DNA from: Ylistrum balloti
Lineage: Eukaryota
Assembly: GCF_031769215.1 (NCBI RefSeq)
Contig: NW_026782608.1
Location: 248,001-312,000, forward strand
Direction of reading: 5' to 3'
Length of the DNA: 64,000 nt
Shown here: in pieces, positions 50,671-63,935 of the stretch
How positions within the stretch are numbered: position 1 is the stretch's first letter
How the letters are laid out: every line of letters begins with the position of its first letter
Translations under genes and position numbers: made by a program
Notes under the pieces: generated by a model
Databases searched by the model: none
What the model was told of the DNA's origin: nothing
Seen by the model: only the letters and a program-made list of their open reading frames with translations

Positions 50671-51049
50671 CTGTGTTACCAACACAAATCTACTTGCGAA
50701 TGTATATTCACACAATGGTCGATACATTCATAGATGTTGATCTTTTGTCCAGCTAATACAGTTGTCGCCGTCACATTGTGTAACAGTTCTGTAACGCCAT
50801 GTCGGGGTACGTGAGATGTCCTTCGTTGTTTCTGGGCTTGTTACCAGTAGTGAACGGAGGAATTGGATAAATTACAATTAGATTTCTATATGAGATTGGA
50901 AACGGCTGAGACTGAGAATTGTTTTAAATGAAACCAAAATCCCGCGATCTAAAAATTAATCTGGTCACCGAGCCAAAGCTTTTGGAAAGAATTATCAATT
51001 AATAATTATATTCTTCTTTAACGCTTATCTCAACATCGTATTGAACTAA

Positions 51050-52335
51050 GTAATATCAGACATACCCAAGTGATATATCTGGCCTCAACTTCGTCATATC
51101 AGACATATACACGTGATATCTCTGGCCTCAACTTCGTAATATCAGATACGTACACGTGCTTTATCTGGCTCCAACTTCGTAATATCAGACACATCCACGT
51201 CCTATATCTGGCCTCAACTTCGTAATATCAGACATACGCAAGTGATACCTCTGGCCTTAACTTTGTAATATCAGACATATACAAGTGATATCTCTGGCCT
51301 CAACTTCGTAATATCAGATACGTACACGTGCTATCTCTAGCCACAACTTCGTAATATCAGACATATCCACGTGCTTTATCTGGCCCCAACTTCGTAATAT
51401 CAGACACATCCACGTCCTATATCTGGCCTCAACTTCGTAATATCAGACATACGCAAGTGATACCTCTGGCCTTAACTTTGTAATATCAGACATATCCATG
51501 TGATATCTCTGGTCTCAACTTCGTCATATCAGACATATACACGTGATATCTCTGGCCTCAACTTCGTAATATCAGATATGTCCACGTGCTATCTCTAGCC
51601 ACAACTTCGTAATATCAGACATATCCACGTGCTTTATCTGGCCCCAACTTCGTAATATCAGACACATCCACGTGCTATATCTGGCCTCAACTTCGTAATA
51701 TTAGACATACGCAAGTGATACCTCTGGCCTTAACTTTGTAATATCAGACATATCCATGTGATATCTCTGGTCTCAACTTCGTCATATCAGACATATACAC
51801 GTGATATCTCTGGCCTCAACTTCGTAATATCAGATATGTCCACGTGCTATCTCTAGCCACAACTTCGTAATATCAGACATATCCACGTGCTTTATCTGGC
51901 CCCAACTTCGTAATATCAGACACATCCACGTGCTATATCTGGCCTCAACTTCGTAATATTAGACATACGCAAGTGATACCTCTGGCCTTAACTTTGTAAT
52001 ATCAGACATATACAAGTGATATCTCTGGCCTCAACTTCGTAATATCAGACATATACACGTGATATCTCTGGTCTCAACTTCGTAATATCAGACATATCCA
52101 CGTGTATCTCTGGCCTCAACTTCGTAATATCAGACATATCCACGTGATATCTCTGGCCTCAACTTCGTAATATCAGACATATCCACGTGTATCTCTGGCC
52201 TCAACTTCGTAATATCAGACATATCCACGTGATATCTCTAGTCTCAACTTCGTAATATCAGACATATCCACGTGATATCTCTAGTCTCAACTTCGTAATA
52301 TCAGACATATCCACATGATATCTCTGGCCTCACCT
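51050..52335. repeat. 43-bp minisatellite with higher-order structure, ~30 copies
   Basis: Unit TCTGGCCTCAACTTCGTAATATCAGACATATCCACGTGATATC; variant units recur at 215- and 258-bp intervals. Confidence 0.96.
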
Positions 52336-53094
52336 TTGATTCGTCTGTGAACCTAACGACAAGTCAAAATAAGGTTACCGGCGATATGCAGTTGCCAATA
52401 TAGATTATTTTGGGGTGAAACCCAGGTTAGGTAGTGATATGGAGTAATGTGTAAAAATTGGTTTGTTGGGGAAGTGGGTTATGTTGTAGTTGGGTGGTAA
52501 GTTGGGGTGATTGTTTAAGGTGGTCATTTAGGGGTAGGGGTAGAGGTTGGGGAAATGTCTGGTCGACAGGCTAGATAAGAGGCCTGTGTTGATAGGGGGA
52601 GGGAAAGCTTCGTTCAGGTAGACACATTCAAACAGAGGCCAGCGTAATGAGTAACAGTAATGACGATATAAACACTAATCATCTCCGGGCTAACTAGATT
52701 ACTGAGAATGTGCTCCAATTACCTGCAGTCTTTGAACCCCAACCTGGGAAGTGAGACAACTGGGATCAGTTTCCAATTGATGGTTAGATACTCGCCCATT
52801 ACACAGGAATGTCGACATCTGTTTTACTTCGGAATTATTTTACAAACAATGATGTTTACATAATGTTTGCACGCCGGTAAAACACGTGAGCGTCAGTTGA
52901 GATATACTTACTCGCCTGTCAGCAGTAACAGATCACATGTCACAACAATCGTAGTGGTCGGTTTTGTTTCCTGATGATATTATTTCATTGTGGGTAAAGA
53001 AACAGGCGACAAACAGGTCTAAACATTACACAACTTTGTTAGATTATCTTGCTTAGGCGCCAATATAATACGGAAAGAATATAATCTTGCAATC

Positions 53095-54420
53095 ATAATC
53101 CGGTGTCAGTATAATACGGAACGAACATGGTGTTGTTTCGGTGACAGTATATAATATGGAACGAACATGGTGTTGCTCCGGTGTCAGTATAATACGGAAC
53201 GAATATGGTGTTGTCCCGGTGTCAGTATAATACGGAACGAACATGGTGTTGTTCTGGTGTCAGTAAATAATACGGAACGAACATGGTGTTGTTCCGGTGT
53301 CAGTATAATACGGAACGAACATGGTGTTGTCCCGGTGTCAGTGTCATACGGAACGAATATGGTGTTGTTCCGGTGTCAGTATATAATACGGAACGAACAT
53401 TGTGTTGTTCCAGTGTCAGTATATAATACGGAACAAACATGGTGTTGATCCGGTGTCAGTATAATACGGAACAAACATGGTGTTGTTCCAGTGTCAGTAT
53501 ATAATACGGAACGAACATGGTGTTGTTCCGGTGTCCGTATAATACGGAACGAACATGGTGTTGTCCCAGTGTCAGTATAATACGGAACGAGCATGGTGTT
53601 GTCCCGGTGTCAGTATAATACGGAACGAGCATGGTGTTGTCCCGGTGTCAGTATATAATACGGAACGAATATGGTGTTGTTCCAGTGTCAGTATATAATA
53701 CGGAACAAACATGGTGTTGTTCCGGTGTCAGTATAATACGGAACAAACATGGTGTTGTTCCAGTGTCAGTATATAATACGGAACGAACATGGTGTTGTTC
53801 CGGTGTCAGTATAATACGGGACGAACATGGTGTTGTCCCAGTGTCAGTATAATACGGAACGAGCATGGTGTTGTCCCGGTGTCAGTATAATACGGAACGA
53901 GCATGGTGTTGTCCCGGTGTCAGTATATAATACGGAACGAATATGGTGTTGTTCCAGTGTCAGTATATAATACGGAACAAACATGGTGTTGTTCCGGTGT
54001 CAGTGTCATACGGAACAAACATGGTGTTGTTCCAGTGTCAGTATATAATACGGAACGAACATGGTGTTGTTCCGGTGTCAGTATAATACGGAACGAACAT
54101 GGTGTTGTCCAAGTGTCAGTATAATACGGAACGAGCATGGTGTTGTCCCGGTGTCAGTATAATACGGAACGAGCATGGTGTTGTCCCGGTGTCAGTATAA
54201 TACGGAACGAACATGGTGTTGTCCCGGTGTCAGTTTAGTACGGAATGAACATGGTGTTGTACCGGTGTCAGTATAATACGGAACGAACATGGTGTTGTCC
54301 CGGTGTCAGTATAATACGGAACGAGCATGATTTTCCCGATGTCAATATGATACAGAACTAACACGATGTTGCCCTCTTGTCAATATAATACGGAACGAAA
54401 ATGATATTTGCCCTAGTGTC
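53095..54420. repeat. 38/40-bp minisatellite, ~35 copies, decaying to ~54660
   Basis: Unit CGGTGTCAGTATAATACGGAACGAACATGGTGTTGTTC; a 272-bp block is duplicated (near-identical ORFs at 53631 and 53903). Confidence 0.95.
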
Positions 54421-56809
54421 ATTATAATATAGAACGAACATAATATCGCCCCGCAGTCATTATGCATTTGTCATATGGAAGAGCATGAGTTTTTGCCCAA
54501 GTGTCATTATAATATGAAAAGAACATGCTTTTTGCCCTAGTGTCATTATGATACGGAAAGAACATGACATTTGCCCTAGTGTCTTTATAATATGAAAAGA
54601 ACATGCTTTTTGCCCTAGTGTCACAATACTAGGGAACGAATATGATATGGCACTGGTATCTATATAAACCCCCTGTGATCTGTAACAATTCTTGCCCTCG
54701 TTTGACCTAATGTTAAGTGATATATGATTACATTAATGACAGCCCTCCTAATTGATACAGAAGGCGTCAGTTAACACTAGCGAACTCCGTCGCACGAGCG
54801 CCCCAATAAAGGAGGTGAAGTGCTGAGGTTTAATTGCCCGGGTATCAATTACCTACATTCGCGTGTGTGCGGTGTGTCAGACTCTAAGTCAGTATTAAAA
54901 TTGACGGCGTGCACATGTATGTTTAAATCTACCGACTAACGTACACATGCACTCATCTGCCATCAGCACAGTGAGATAGATGTTTAATTCTACGTCAGAC
55001 ACACCCTCTACGCGAAGCAGGTCCAGTAGAGTAGTGCATGTATATCTCAACGTTAACCTATTATCAGTTGGCTCAGTGTGTACCCGATAAAGTAGAATTT
55101 CTGGGTGCAGTAAAGTAACCCAGTGTTCCGATAACGATGTTAAAATGTGGTCTAATTTGATTGAGAGGTGCAGAACACAAACATCAAAGGGAAGACAGTC
55201 CAGACTTTATTATGCACCATTTGGTATACTCAAACAATTTACGGAAAGTTAATGAAACAATAATAGCATTAATTAGTCTAGGTATCTAGTTGAAATATTG
55301 GTGTCTACACCAAACAGTCATTGGCATCACCAATCTAATACCTTTTCTTACCTGTACGTTTTTTACCTGCAAATTAAACTTTCTTGTTAAGTCGTTTTTA
55401 TCCTTTTTTTGTAACAAAGCGAAAAGTTTACTCGTAGGTCAGCTTCTATGAATGCATACGAAGCCTCGCCCAAGGTGCCTCTTAATTATTAGGCGTTGGG
55501 TGGCTTGTTTAAGTAACATGTACATCTTATATTACGGCAGATGCAAGTATGATGATCTCCATGACAGAGTAACGTCATACAGCCGACAGAGTATAGACGA
55601 CACTGGATTGAACACGTCATACTGTCATGTTGCCGGCTATGATACATCAAGGTAAGAAAATAGTGCGGTGAAATTTGACTAAACACGAGAGGGTTACGTA
55701 ATATATCACGTGATAGTAAACGAGCATTGATGACTTTATGTGCCATGTCCAATGGCAGAAACAGACAAACGAGCTCATAAATATCTTATGTAGCAGAAAA
55801 TACAGGTCTGCAGTTATCGTTAAAACAGACTTGTAGTGAAAACCTTGGTATACTCTGCTCAATCTCATTGAACCACATAAAATATTTTTTAAAAAAGATG
55901 AATAAAAAATGGAACCGTTTACTTTATTTAAGATATGTTTTTTAACAGTTAAAATTCCCGAAGTATACTGTAAAGTCATTCATTTTCATGGGGGGTTTAT
56001 TTTCATTGAATTCGCTGGAACTCTAAATCCAAGAATTTATCTTTTCAAGAAACGCTGACATGGATTATAATACCAGCGGATTTTGTTATCAAGATTTATC
56101 CACGAAATCAAGTGTCAGGGAAAATGTATGTTTTTTGAAAACAGAAAATTTCAATCCCATGAAATTATACGATTTTACGGTAGCTTTAAAAGTACATGTG
56201 AATCAGTCTCTCAGAACAGTCTCAATTTACTGTCCTGTTAATGACGATCATGGAAAAGAAATTACACGCGAGTTAATGCCGATTAATTTGTTCAAAGTTA
56301 AACTAAACAGCTTCACGCTGTGTGATATGTTAGAATAACTAATAGAATGATATTTGTCCAGGGTTCCACCATTGAATTGTAGAAATTGGTTCATTTATTG
56401 TTATCATAATCGTTAATTGATTTACATGTTAAAGGTTTCGATGTTTCCTAAAGGTAAATTAATTGTGTTATGACGTAGCATAACACAATGTAATGACGTC
56501 ACAGAAATCTGATATCGCAGAGGTAAGGATTACCAGTATAAAACCAAATTTGTTATACGGTATAATACTGTGGGGATTTCATGTAATGCTTATATGAAAA
56601 AGTGTGTGGTTTCTGATTCGACTATAATAGTAATAATGCCACCCAGACCATGAACTCTGTCGAAGTGGTGCAATGACACTGTTCAATATAGTTTCTACGG
56701 CTACCAAGATGTTTATTGTTATAAAGCTTAATATTGATACAAATGTGGAAGGCCTGCATGGCCAGTCATCATAATAAGATTTTATATGGTAACCATAACC
56801 ATCTCCATA

Positions 56810-58270
56810 TTCCTAACAACACTAACCACAGTTGTCTTCCCTAACATCACTAACCACAGTTGTCGTTCCTAACATCACTAACCACAGTTGTCGTTCCTAA
56901 CATCACTAACCACAGTTGTCGTTCTTTACACCACTAACCACGGTTGTCGTTCCTTACATCACAAACCATAGTTGTCTTTCCTAACATCACTAACCACAGT
57001 TGTCATTCCTAACATCACTAACCACAGTTGTCGTTCCTTACATCACTAACCACAGTTGTCGTTCCTAACATCACTAACCACAGTTGTCGTTCTTTACATC
57101 ACTAACCACGGTTGTCGTTCCTTACATCACAAACCACAGTTGTCTTTCCTAACATCACTAACCACAGTTGTCATTCCTAACATCACTAACCACAGTTGTC
57201 GTTCCTATCATCACTAACCACAATTATTCCTTACATCACTAACCACAGTTGTCATTCCTTACATCACTAAGCAAAGTTGTCGTTCCTAACCTCACTAACC
57301 ACAGTTGTCGTTCCTTACATCACTAACCACTGTTGTCATATCTAATATCAGTAAGCACACTTGTCATTCCTAACATCACTAATCACAGTTGTCTTTCCTT
57401 TCATCACTGACCACAGTTGTCGTTCCTTACATCACTAACCACAGTTGTCATTCCTTACATCACTAAGCAAAGTTGTCGTTCCTAACCTCACTAACCACAG
57501 TTGTCGTTCCCTACATCACTAACCACAGCTGTCGTTCCTTACATCACTAACCACGTTTGTCATTTCTAACAACACTAACCACAGTTGTCATTCCTTACAT
57601 CACTAAGCACAGTTGTCGTTCCCTACATCACTAACCACAGTTGTCGTTCCTTACATCACTAACCACAGTTGTCGTTCCCTACATCACTAACCACAGTTGT
57701 CGTTCCTTACATCACTAACCACGTTTGTCATTTCTAACAACACTAACCACAGTTGTCTTTCCTTACATCACTAACCACAGTTGTCGTTCCTAACCTCACT
57801 AACCACAGTTGTCGTTCCCTACATCACTAACCACAGTTGTCGTTCCTTACATCACTAACCACGTTTGTCATTTCTAACAACACTAACCACAGTTGTCTTT
57901 CCTTACATCACTAACCACAGTTGTCGTTCCTAACCTCACTAACCACAGTTGTCGTTCCTTACATCACTAACCACTGTTGTCATATCTAATATCAGTAAGC
58001 ACACTTGTCATTCCTAACATCACTAATCACAGTTGTCTTTCCTTTCATCACTGACCACAGTTGTCGTTCCTTACATCACTAACCACGTTTGTCATTTCTA
58101 ACAACACTAACCACAGTTGTCTTTCCTTACATCACTAACCACAGTTGTCTTTCCTTACATCACTAACCACAGTTGTTCCTTACATCACTAACCTCAGTTA
58201 TGTTTCCTTACATCACTAACCACAGTTGTCGTTCCTTACATCACTAACCACAGTTATGTTTCCTTACATC
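56810..58270. repeat. 28-bp minisatellite, ~52 copies
   Basis: Unit CACTAACCACAGTTGTCGTTCCTTACAT. Confidence 0.96.
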
Positions 58271-58492
58271 ACTAACCACAGTTGTCTTTCCTTACACTTT
58301 CTACACTACATAGAACTGCCGTTCGTTACATTCACAACACTACCGAGAATTGTTAGTCATTACACTTACTTTAATATCAAGAGTTGTCGATCGTTAAACT
58401 CGCTATCAAAAGTTGTTGTTCAATAAGTGTTTCACCACTATTGCTGCTTATTTCTATCTTCTTTTATTTTAATTTCAGATATATGAGTGAAT

Positions 58493-58595
58493 ATGACAAC
58501 ACCAACCAAGGGATTGCTGCTGCAATGGCCGATGATAGTTGTCTCCCTTCTTTGTTGGAGCATCCCTCCAGTTACAGACGGTCTACAACAAATGT
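58493..58595 (+). CDS. Signal-peptide exon of the membrane protein
   Basis: ATG at 58493, 34 codons + 1 nt, donor T|GTATGT. Confidence 0.7.
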
Positions 58596-61500
58596 GTATG
58601 TACTGACTTTACGACAACTATCAAGATATTTAATGACGGCGAGTTCTGTTACTCGATATGTGTGTACAATGTAACGAACGCGCAGGCATAACTACACGTG
58701 CACGAGTTGTAATTCCGCTAGTAATGAGGCAGAGATTAGGTTTACATTAAGTCCTGACCTCGGTCGGGTCGTACATCGCTCTCTACTGACTCTGATTGTC
58801 CTGTAAAAGCCTTCCCTACCCAGCTACATACTTTCTTTACCTTTATTACTGATGATAAATTCACCATTTTTCTCTATATTCTCCCTTGGTAGTAGCTGAG
58901 ATGGTAAAACATATTTGGGACTATGACATTTTTTGGGACTATGACATATTTGGGACTAGGACATTTTGGGACCAGGACATTTTGGGACAATGACATTTTT
59001 GGGACAATGACATTTTTGGGACTATGACATATTTGGGACTATGACATTTTTGGGACTAGGACATATTTGGGACTAGGACATTTTGGGATTAGGACATATT
59101 TGGGACTATGACATTTTTTGGGACTATGACATATTTGGGACTAGGACATATTTGGGACTAGGACATTTTGGGATTAGGACATATTTGGGTCTATGACATT
59201 TTTTGGGACTATGACATATTTGGGACTAGGACATTTTGGGATTAGGACATTTTTGGGACTATGATATATTCGGGAGGTGGCAGATTTTAATAGGCAAAAC
59301 ACTTAGACTTAATTGCTTTGGATGACACGCGACTGACCTTCCGTATGTTATTCAGAAAGGTCGTCACCACCTATTACAAGATACCTCGTCTCTAAGTGAT
59401 TGGCTGATAATACGGCAAATAAACAATCACATTGGATACACAAATTTTATGGTGTTTGTGAGTTTAAAAGAAGACGGGAACCGGATAGTCTGTGACACCT
59501 ATAACGTCTACCACAACAGAAGGGTGCTATTTAATACCAAGATTATTTTTGTAACAATTTGGTTTTTATTTAGATTTATTGTTTTTCTCTTTGAAGTAAA
59601 CAAACACACATGGCTACAAAACAGGTGAAATGAAATTTGGAATGGCTTTCTTATTGTAGTAGAAACAGATCACTCAGACTCTCTTTGTTATATAATGGCT
59701 GAGTCTTCACTCTTGACAGTTATTTTCCTAAAGTCACAAATTCAAGCCGAAGTTTTTTTGATAACTTATCTGAGCAAAAAGAAGACAGTATACCTCAACC
59801 ACTCGTAGTGTATCGCACGTGTATTTATCAATGTTCTATTTTAATACGTTTTAATGCATCACGAAAATAATGCAGATCAGTGAATCTTATGTATTTAAAG
59901 TAATGGCACAGCCCATTAGGCAAAGGGAAGCCCGTGTGGTCTTGACTCATACCAAGCTTACTACATGTTCTACAAACTACATTAGATTTTCTTCTCCTCT
60001 AGAAAATCTACATGGAAATGAACATTGGAATTTTTACTGGCACGATTGTGTCTCTGTATATCTAACTACAAATTACTACAGGTACTGTGGGATAGCTTTG
60101 AATTAACCATAATTATCTTATAAACTATCACTGTAATTCCTACCATGTGTGATAGACGATGACAAGGGAGGTAACTTATACTATCATATTATAGAAGTTA
60201 ATTAGGGAGACCCTGTACAATGTATATTTCTGACGTCACGTGACTCTCATTATAAACCATGTGACATCACACTGTCGCTAAACCAAGTCGTGTGTTGTAT
60301 CGCACATTACCAGTGTATTATTGTTTGTAACTAAAATTGATTCTAGTTTATCATGATTAAATGCCTATCTATAAGACTGTTCTGACTTCCATCCACATTT
60401 AAAGTTATTTGATAACTATATGGCGAAGATCATCATCAGATATTTACGAGTAAGGAAGAAAGTCGCGAAGGAACAATGATAGATGAGTAATTATGATAAA
60501 GAGAACAAAACATATGTTTGTATTTCAATCATTTGTTATCGCTTTTTGTATTTCCTACCTTTGTTAAATATATACACATTTAAATCGTTTGTTACAGTGA
60601 ATACCAACTCGTCCCGGTCTTGTAACCAGCCTCATTATTACGAATTTGACAGTATTTACAATGTCAGCTCTAATACAGCTGTGACCGGAAGTAAGTGCGA
60701 GGTGACTTTCACCAAGTCCACGTGGAGCGACACCATGCGGGAACAGCGTTGCAGTCTTTGTGTAAAGATCAATACGTTCACGATCCACAGCTGCCACTTC
60801 AAAATGATCTACCATGACGGTCTGGCCGACGTCAAACCCAAGGTGGGTGAATTTACGGTTTGCTTAAGAAAGCTAAACCAGATGTAATTAAACAGAAGGC
60901 GAATTAGCAATGGTTTCTGTGACTTTTTGAGGACACCAGAACAAAGGTTGGTTATTTGGCCGACGTCACACTAAACGAAATATTTCTTGTTAACTCCATT
61001 AGCAAACTTCAAACTAAGACTGAGTATACTTGACTATTGATCTGATCAAACTGAGATTGGACTTTTTTCGCTTTCCTTCCACTGAATGTCTTGGCTTCTC
61101 GCTTGGCCAGCGTCACACTTTGAATGTCTTGACTTCTCGCTTGGCCTACGTCACACTTTGAATGCCTTGACTTCTCGCTTGGCCTACGTCACACTTTGAA
61201 TGTCTTGACTTCTCGCTTGGCCTACGTCACACTTTGAATGCCTTGACTTCTCGCTTGGCCTACGTCACACTTTGAATGTCTTGACTTCTCGCTTGGCCTA
61301 CGTCTCACTTTGAATGTCTTGACTTCTCGCTTGGCCTACGTCTCACTTTGAATGTATTGGCTTCTCGCTTGGTTGACGTCACACTTTGAATGTCTTGACT
61401 TCTCGCTATGCTGGCGTCTCACTTTGAATGTCTTGACTTTTCGCTTGGTTGACGTCACACTTTGAATGTCTTGACTTCTCGCTTGGTTGACGTCAAACTT

Positions 61501-63935
61501 TGAATGTCTTGACTTCTCGCTTGGTTGACGTCACACTTTGAATGTCTTGACTTCTCGCTTGGTTGACGTCACACTTTGAATGTCTTGGCTTCTCGCTTGG
61601 CCTACGTCTCACTTTGAATGTCTTGACTTCTCGCTTGGTTGACGTCACACTTTGAATGTCTTAGCTTTCTGCTTGGCCTACGTCAAACTAAGAATGAAAC
61701 CATTAGTGATAGAGAACTTGACTCACCTGAAGCTGAACGTGAGAGTGTATATCTTACCGGTTCTGATTTACAGTGCGCCATTCAATAAAAGTGAGCAATA
61801 TCAAATGAGATTGGGAAAAGGTTCGAGATTATGATACTACTCCAATAGAACGTCTTAGTCCGCCTGGTAGTATTGGCGGATCTACCTCTTATTTCCGAAA
61901 CTACATTTATCTGAAGCAATTTCCGTCCTGATGTTTCGGATTGGAACTAAACACGTGCTTGAAATTGTCTAAAACAACATACGATGTGAATGATTAACTT
62001 ACATGATATCACATGCACCCTCGCGTTTTGAAATCTAGATCATTGAAAAAGCATGATCGCTTCAGTAAGTACAAAATACGAATCAAAAATGAACACGAAG
62101 ATGTAGAGGCGTCTTTGGTTCTGTGTTGTAGTAACTCCGAGTTTTGAAAAAGTCCTCCATTCAAAACCAAATATGTCGGTTTAATGAGAGTAAATAGTTG
62201 ATAACTGTTATCAACACCGATCCTGACTTTGTAGGTATGGAACTGAGTGGTAGAAATGTGTGAACAAAGTGTATTTATCACCAGTTTCAAGTTCTACATA
62301 TACTAACATCTAATTTGATGTATTTTGTCTCTGCAACGAGAAAAACCAGCTGTAGAAGTTGAAGGTCACACGGCGCAGGTCAAAACTAACTCGTCATGTT
62401 GAACCTCTACCATTAATGAAGTAAGTTTCATTCCTAAGGGCCAGTACTTACAATAACACGAAGCATCATTTTTGTTGCAGACGTTCGACTGCCACACATT
62501 CCCGCCATTGTTGTGGTGTTCTAGTAACAATGACCTTAAACTTGTGTTCAAGGAGCTAAAGAAGTACAAGGGAGATAAGTACTCGATCGATCTCCAGGTG
62601 AAACCCTACTGCTCCCAAAACAACACTGCAGGTGAGTAATGAACAGTGGAAAAAGTACCCAAACTACTAAATACAATCACGTGATCGTACATGTGTACAT
62701 CACTGCACTGTCCTTCATCGCGCGATTATGAAATTTAATGAAGATTGGGCCCAGAAGTCTGGACAATATCGTTAGGTTAACAAGAATCCTTATTAGGGAG
62801 TGAGGTCGACATCTAAAATGCATAACATTCAACAATCAATAAGGCCCACCGAACACCTTCTCTCTTCTCTCAAGTCAGTCTAAGGATACAAGGTATCAGC
62901 ATCTAATATATGAGAACCGGGAATAGCCTCCTAAAATTATTGAATATCTAGACATGGCACGTTTCCTTCCTATGAGGGAGGAGCAGGTCACCATCTAACG
63001 TTACCAAACCGCGGACTTTCGTCATCGGCTAGCATTACCAAAATACCTCGCTGAGTCTTATTGTCGGGGAAGCATGTTTATTGTCCTCTGTCGTGAAGAA
63101 ATCCTAAATTAATCATAATTAATTAATCATACAATCTCTATCTTCTGTTATCAATCTCAGAATAACTTTTCACTTGTCTCCAGGTAAGGGGAAACCGACG
63201 CCTTCCCCGCCCGGTAAGACGTATGAGGAAAAAGTTCGAGAAGAGGAGAAACGTAGGAGAGACACGGTTATCATCGCCGGCTCCCTCATCTCCACGGTGT
63301 CAATCATGTTTGTACTGTGCTACCTCACCTACTCCTGCTGGAAACGTAGGAACCCACGCTCCAGCTCTTCATCCCCACCCCCGGGCACCTCCAGTAGGGG
63401 GTCAAGCTCTACCCGGTCAAATCATAAGAAACCCCCAGGTAAGATAGCACCTGTCCCTCCGTACCGCATCCATGGGTCTGTACATTATATCAGAACAAAA
63501 TGTGAGGTAATACATATCACAACCACTGAAGCCAAAAAAGAAACAAACCGTTTTTACTAGTTGAAATAAATGCCATGTCCATCTTTCAAAACCCATGTCT
63601 TTTTTCCACTCTTAACTTCTATAGTGACCAAACTGTCATCTTCGACATCGTTGATTGATGATTTTAAATAAGCAGACATTGAGAAAACTGCTACGCAAGG
63701 GAAACAACTCTAAGAATGATCAAATCTCGTTTTTCCTCTTGCAGGAGTTATAGCCAATACGAGGATTCCTATGGACCGTTACCATAGTGATGGTCAACCT
63801 CGGGAGGGTCAGACTCAACCCTGGTACACCATGCATCCCATGACCTTACCGTCGTCAGAGCTACATAGTCAGGGGTACACACCCTCGCATGACCAATGGC
63901 TGGACTCCCGGTTAGTTATTCAACATAAAGTCTAA
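58493..63935 (+). CDS. Uncharacterised type-I membrane protein (~314 aa): signal peptide, Cys-rich CUB-like ectodomain, single TM, Ser/Pro-rich tail; exons 58493-58595, 60598-60842, 62481-62631, 63184-63438, 63745-63935
   Basis: Five GT-AG exons with consistent phases (1,0,1,1) total 945 nt. MTTPTKGLLLQWPMIVVSLLCWSIPPVTDG is signal-like; 8 ectodomain Cys; TM TVIIAGSLISTVSIMFVLCYLTYSCW followed by KRR. An acceptor at 58478 implies an upstream 5' UTR exon. Confidence 0.75.
58915..59270. repeat. ~19-bp minisatellite
   Basis: TTTGGGACTA(T/G)GACAT(A)T with variable T tracts. Confidence 0.92.
60598..60842 (+). CDS. Ectodomain exon 1 of the membrane protein
   Basis: TTACAG|TG...CCCAAG|GTGGGT; NTNSSRSCNQPHYYEF...CEVTF...CSLCVKINTFTIHSCHFKMIYHDG. 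Confidence 0.8.
61085..61685. repeat. 38-bp minisatellite, ~16 copies
   Basis: Unit TTGAATGTCTTGACTTCTCGCTTGGCCTACGTCACACT. Confidence 0.95.
62481..62631 (+). CDS. Ectodomain exon 2 of the membrane protein
   Basis: TTGCAG|ACG...GCAG|GTGAGT; TFDCHTFPPLLWCSSNNDLKLVF...KYSIDLQVKPYC. Confidence 0.8.
63184..63438 (+). CDS. Transmembrane exon of the membrane protein (255 nt, phase 1-1)
   Basis: CTCCAG|GTAAG...CCAG|GTAAGA; encodes the TM helix and basic stop-transfer residues. Confidence 0.8.
63745..63935 (+). CDS. Probable last coding exon of the membrane protein
   Basis: TTGCAG|GA, open to TAA at 63933-63935. A possible donor CCG|GTTAGT at 63911 means the gene could continue past the window. 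Confidence 0.6.

Noticed and set aside
4185-54138. Long repetitive ORFs in the track (329, 283, 297, 778, 510, 410 aa etc.) as genes
   Set aside because: They are translations of tandem repeats, often open in several frames and on both strands, with no unique flanking coding sequence or splice context.
55520-55651. Coding exon ending at AAG|GTAAGA
   Set aside because: Good donor but no convincing protein; more likely a 5' UTR exon of the downstream membrane-protein gene, which cannot be shown from sequence alone.
4235-61685. CRISPR arrays
   Set aside because: Units are head-to-tail with no unique spacers, there are no cas genes, and the DNA is eukaryotic with spliceosomal introns.
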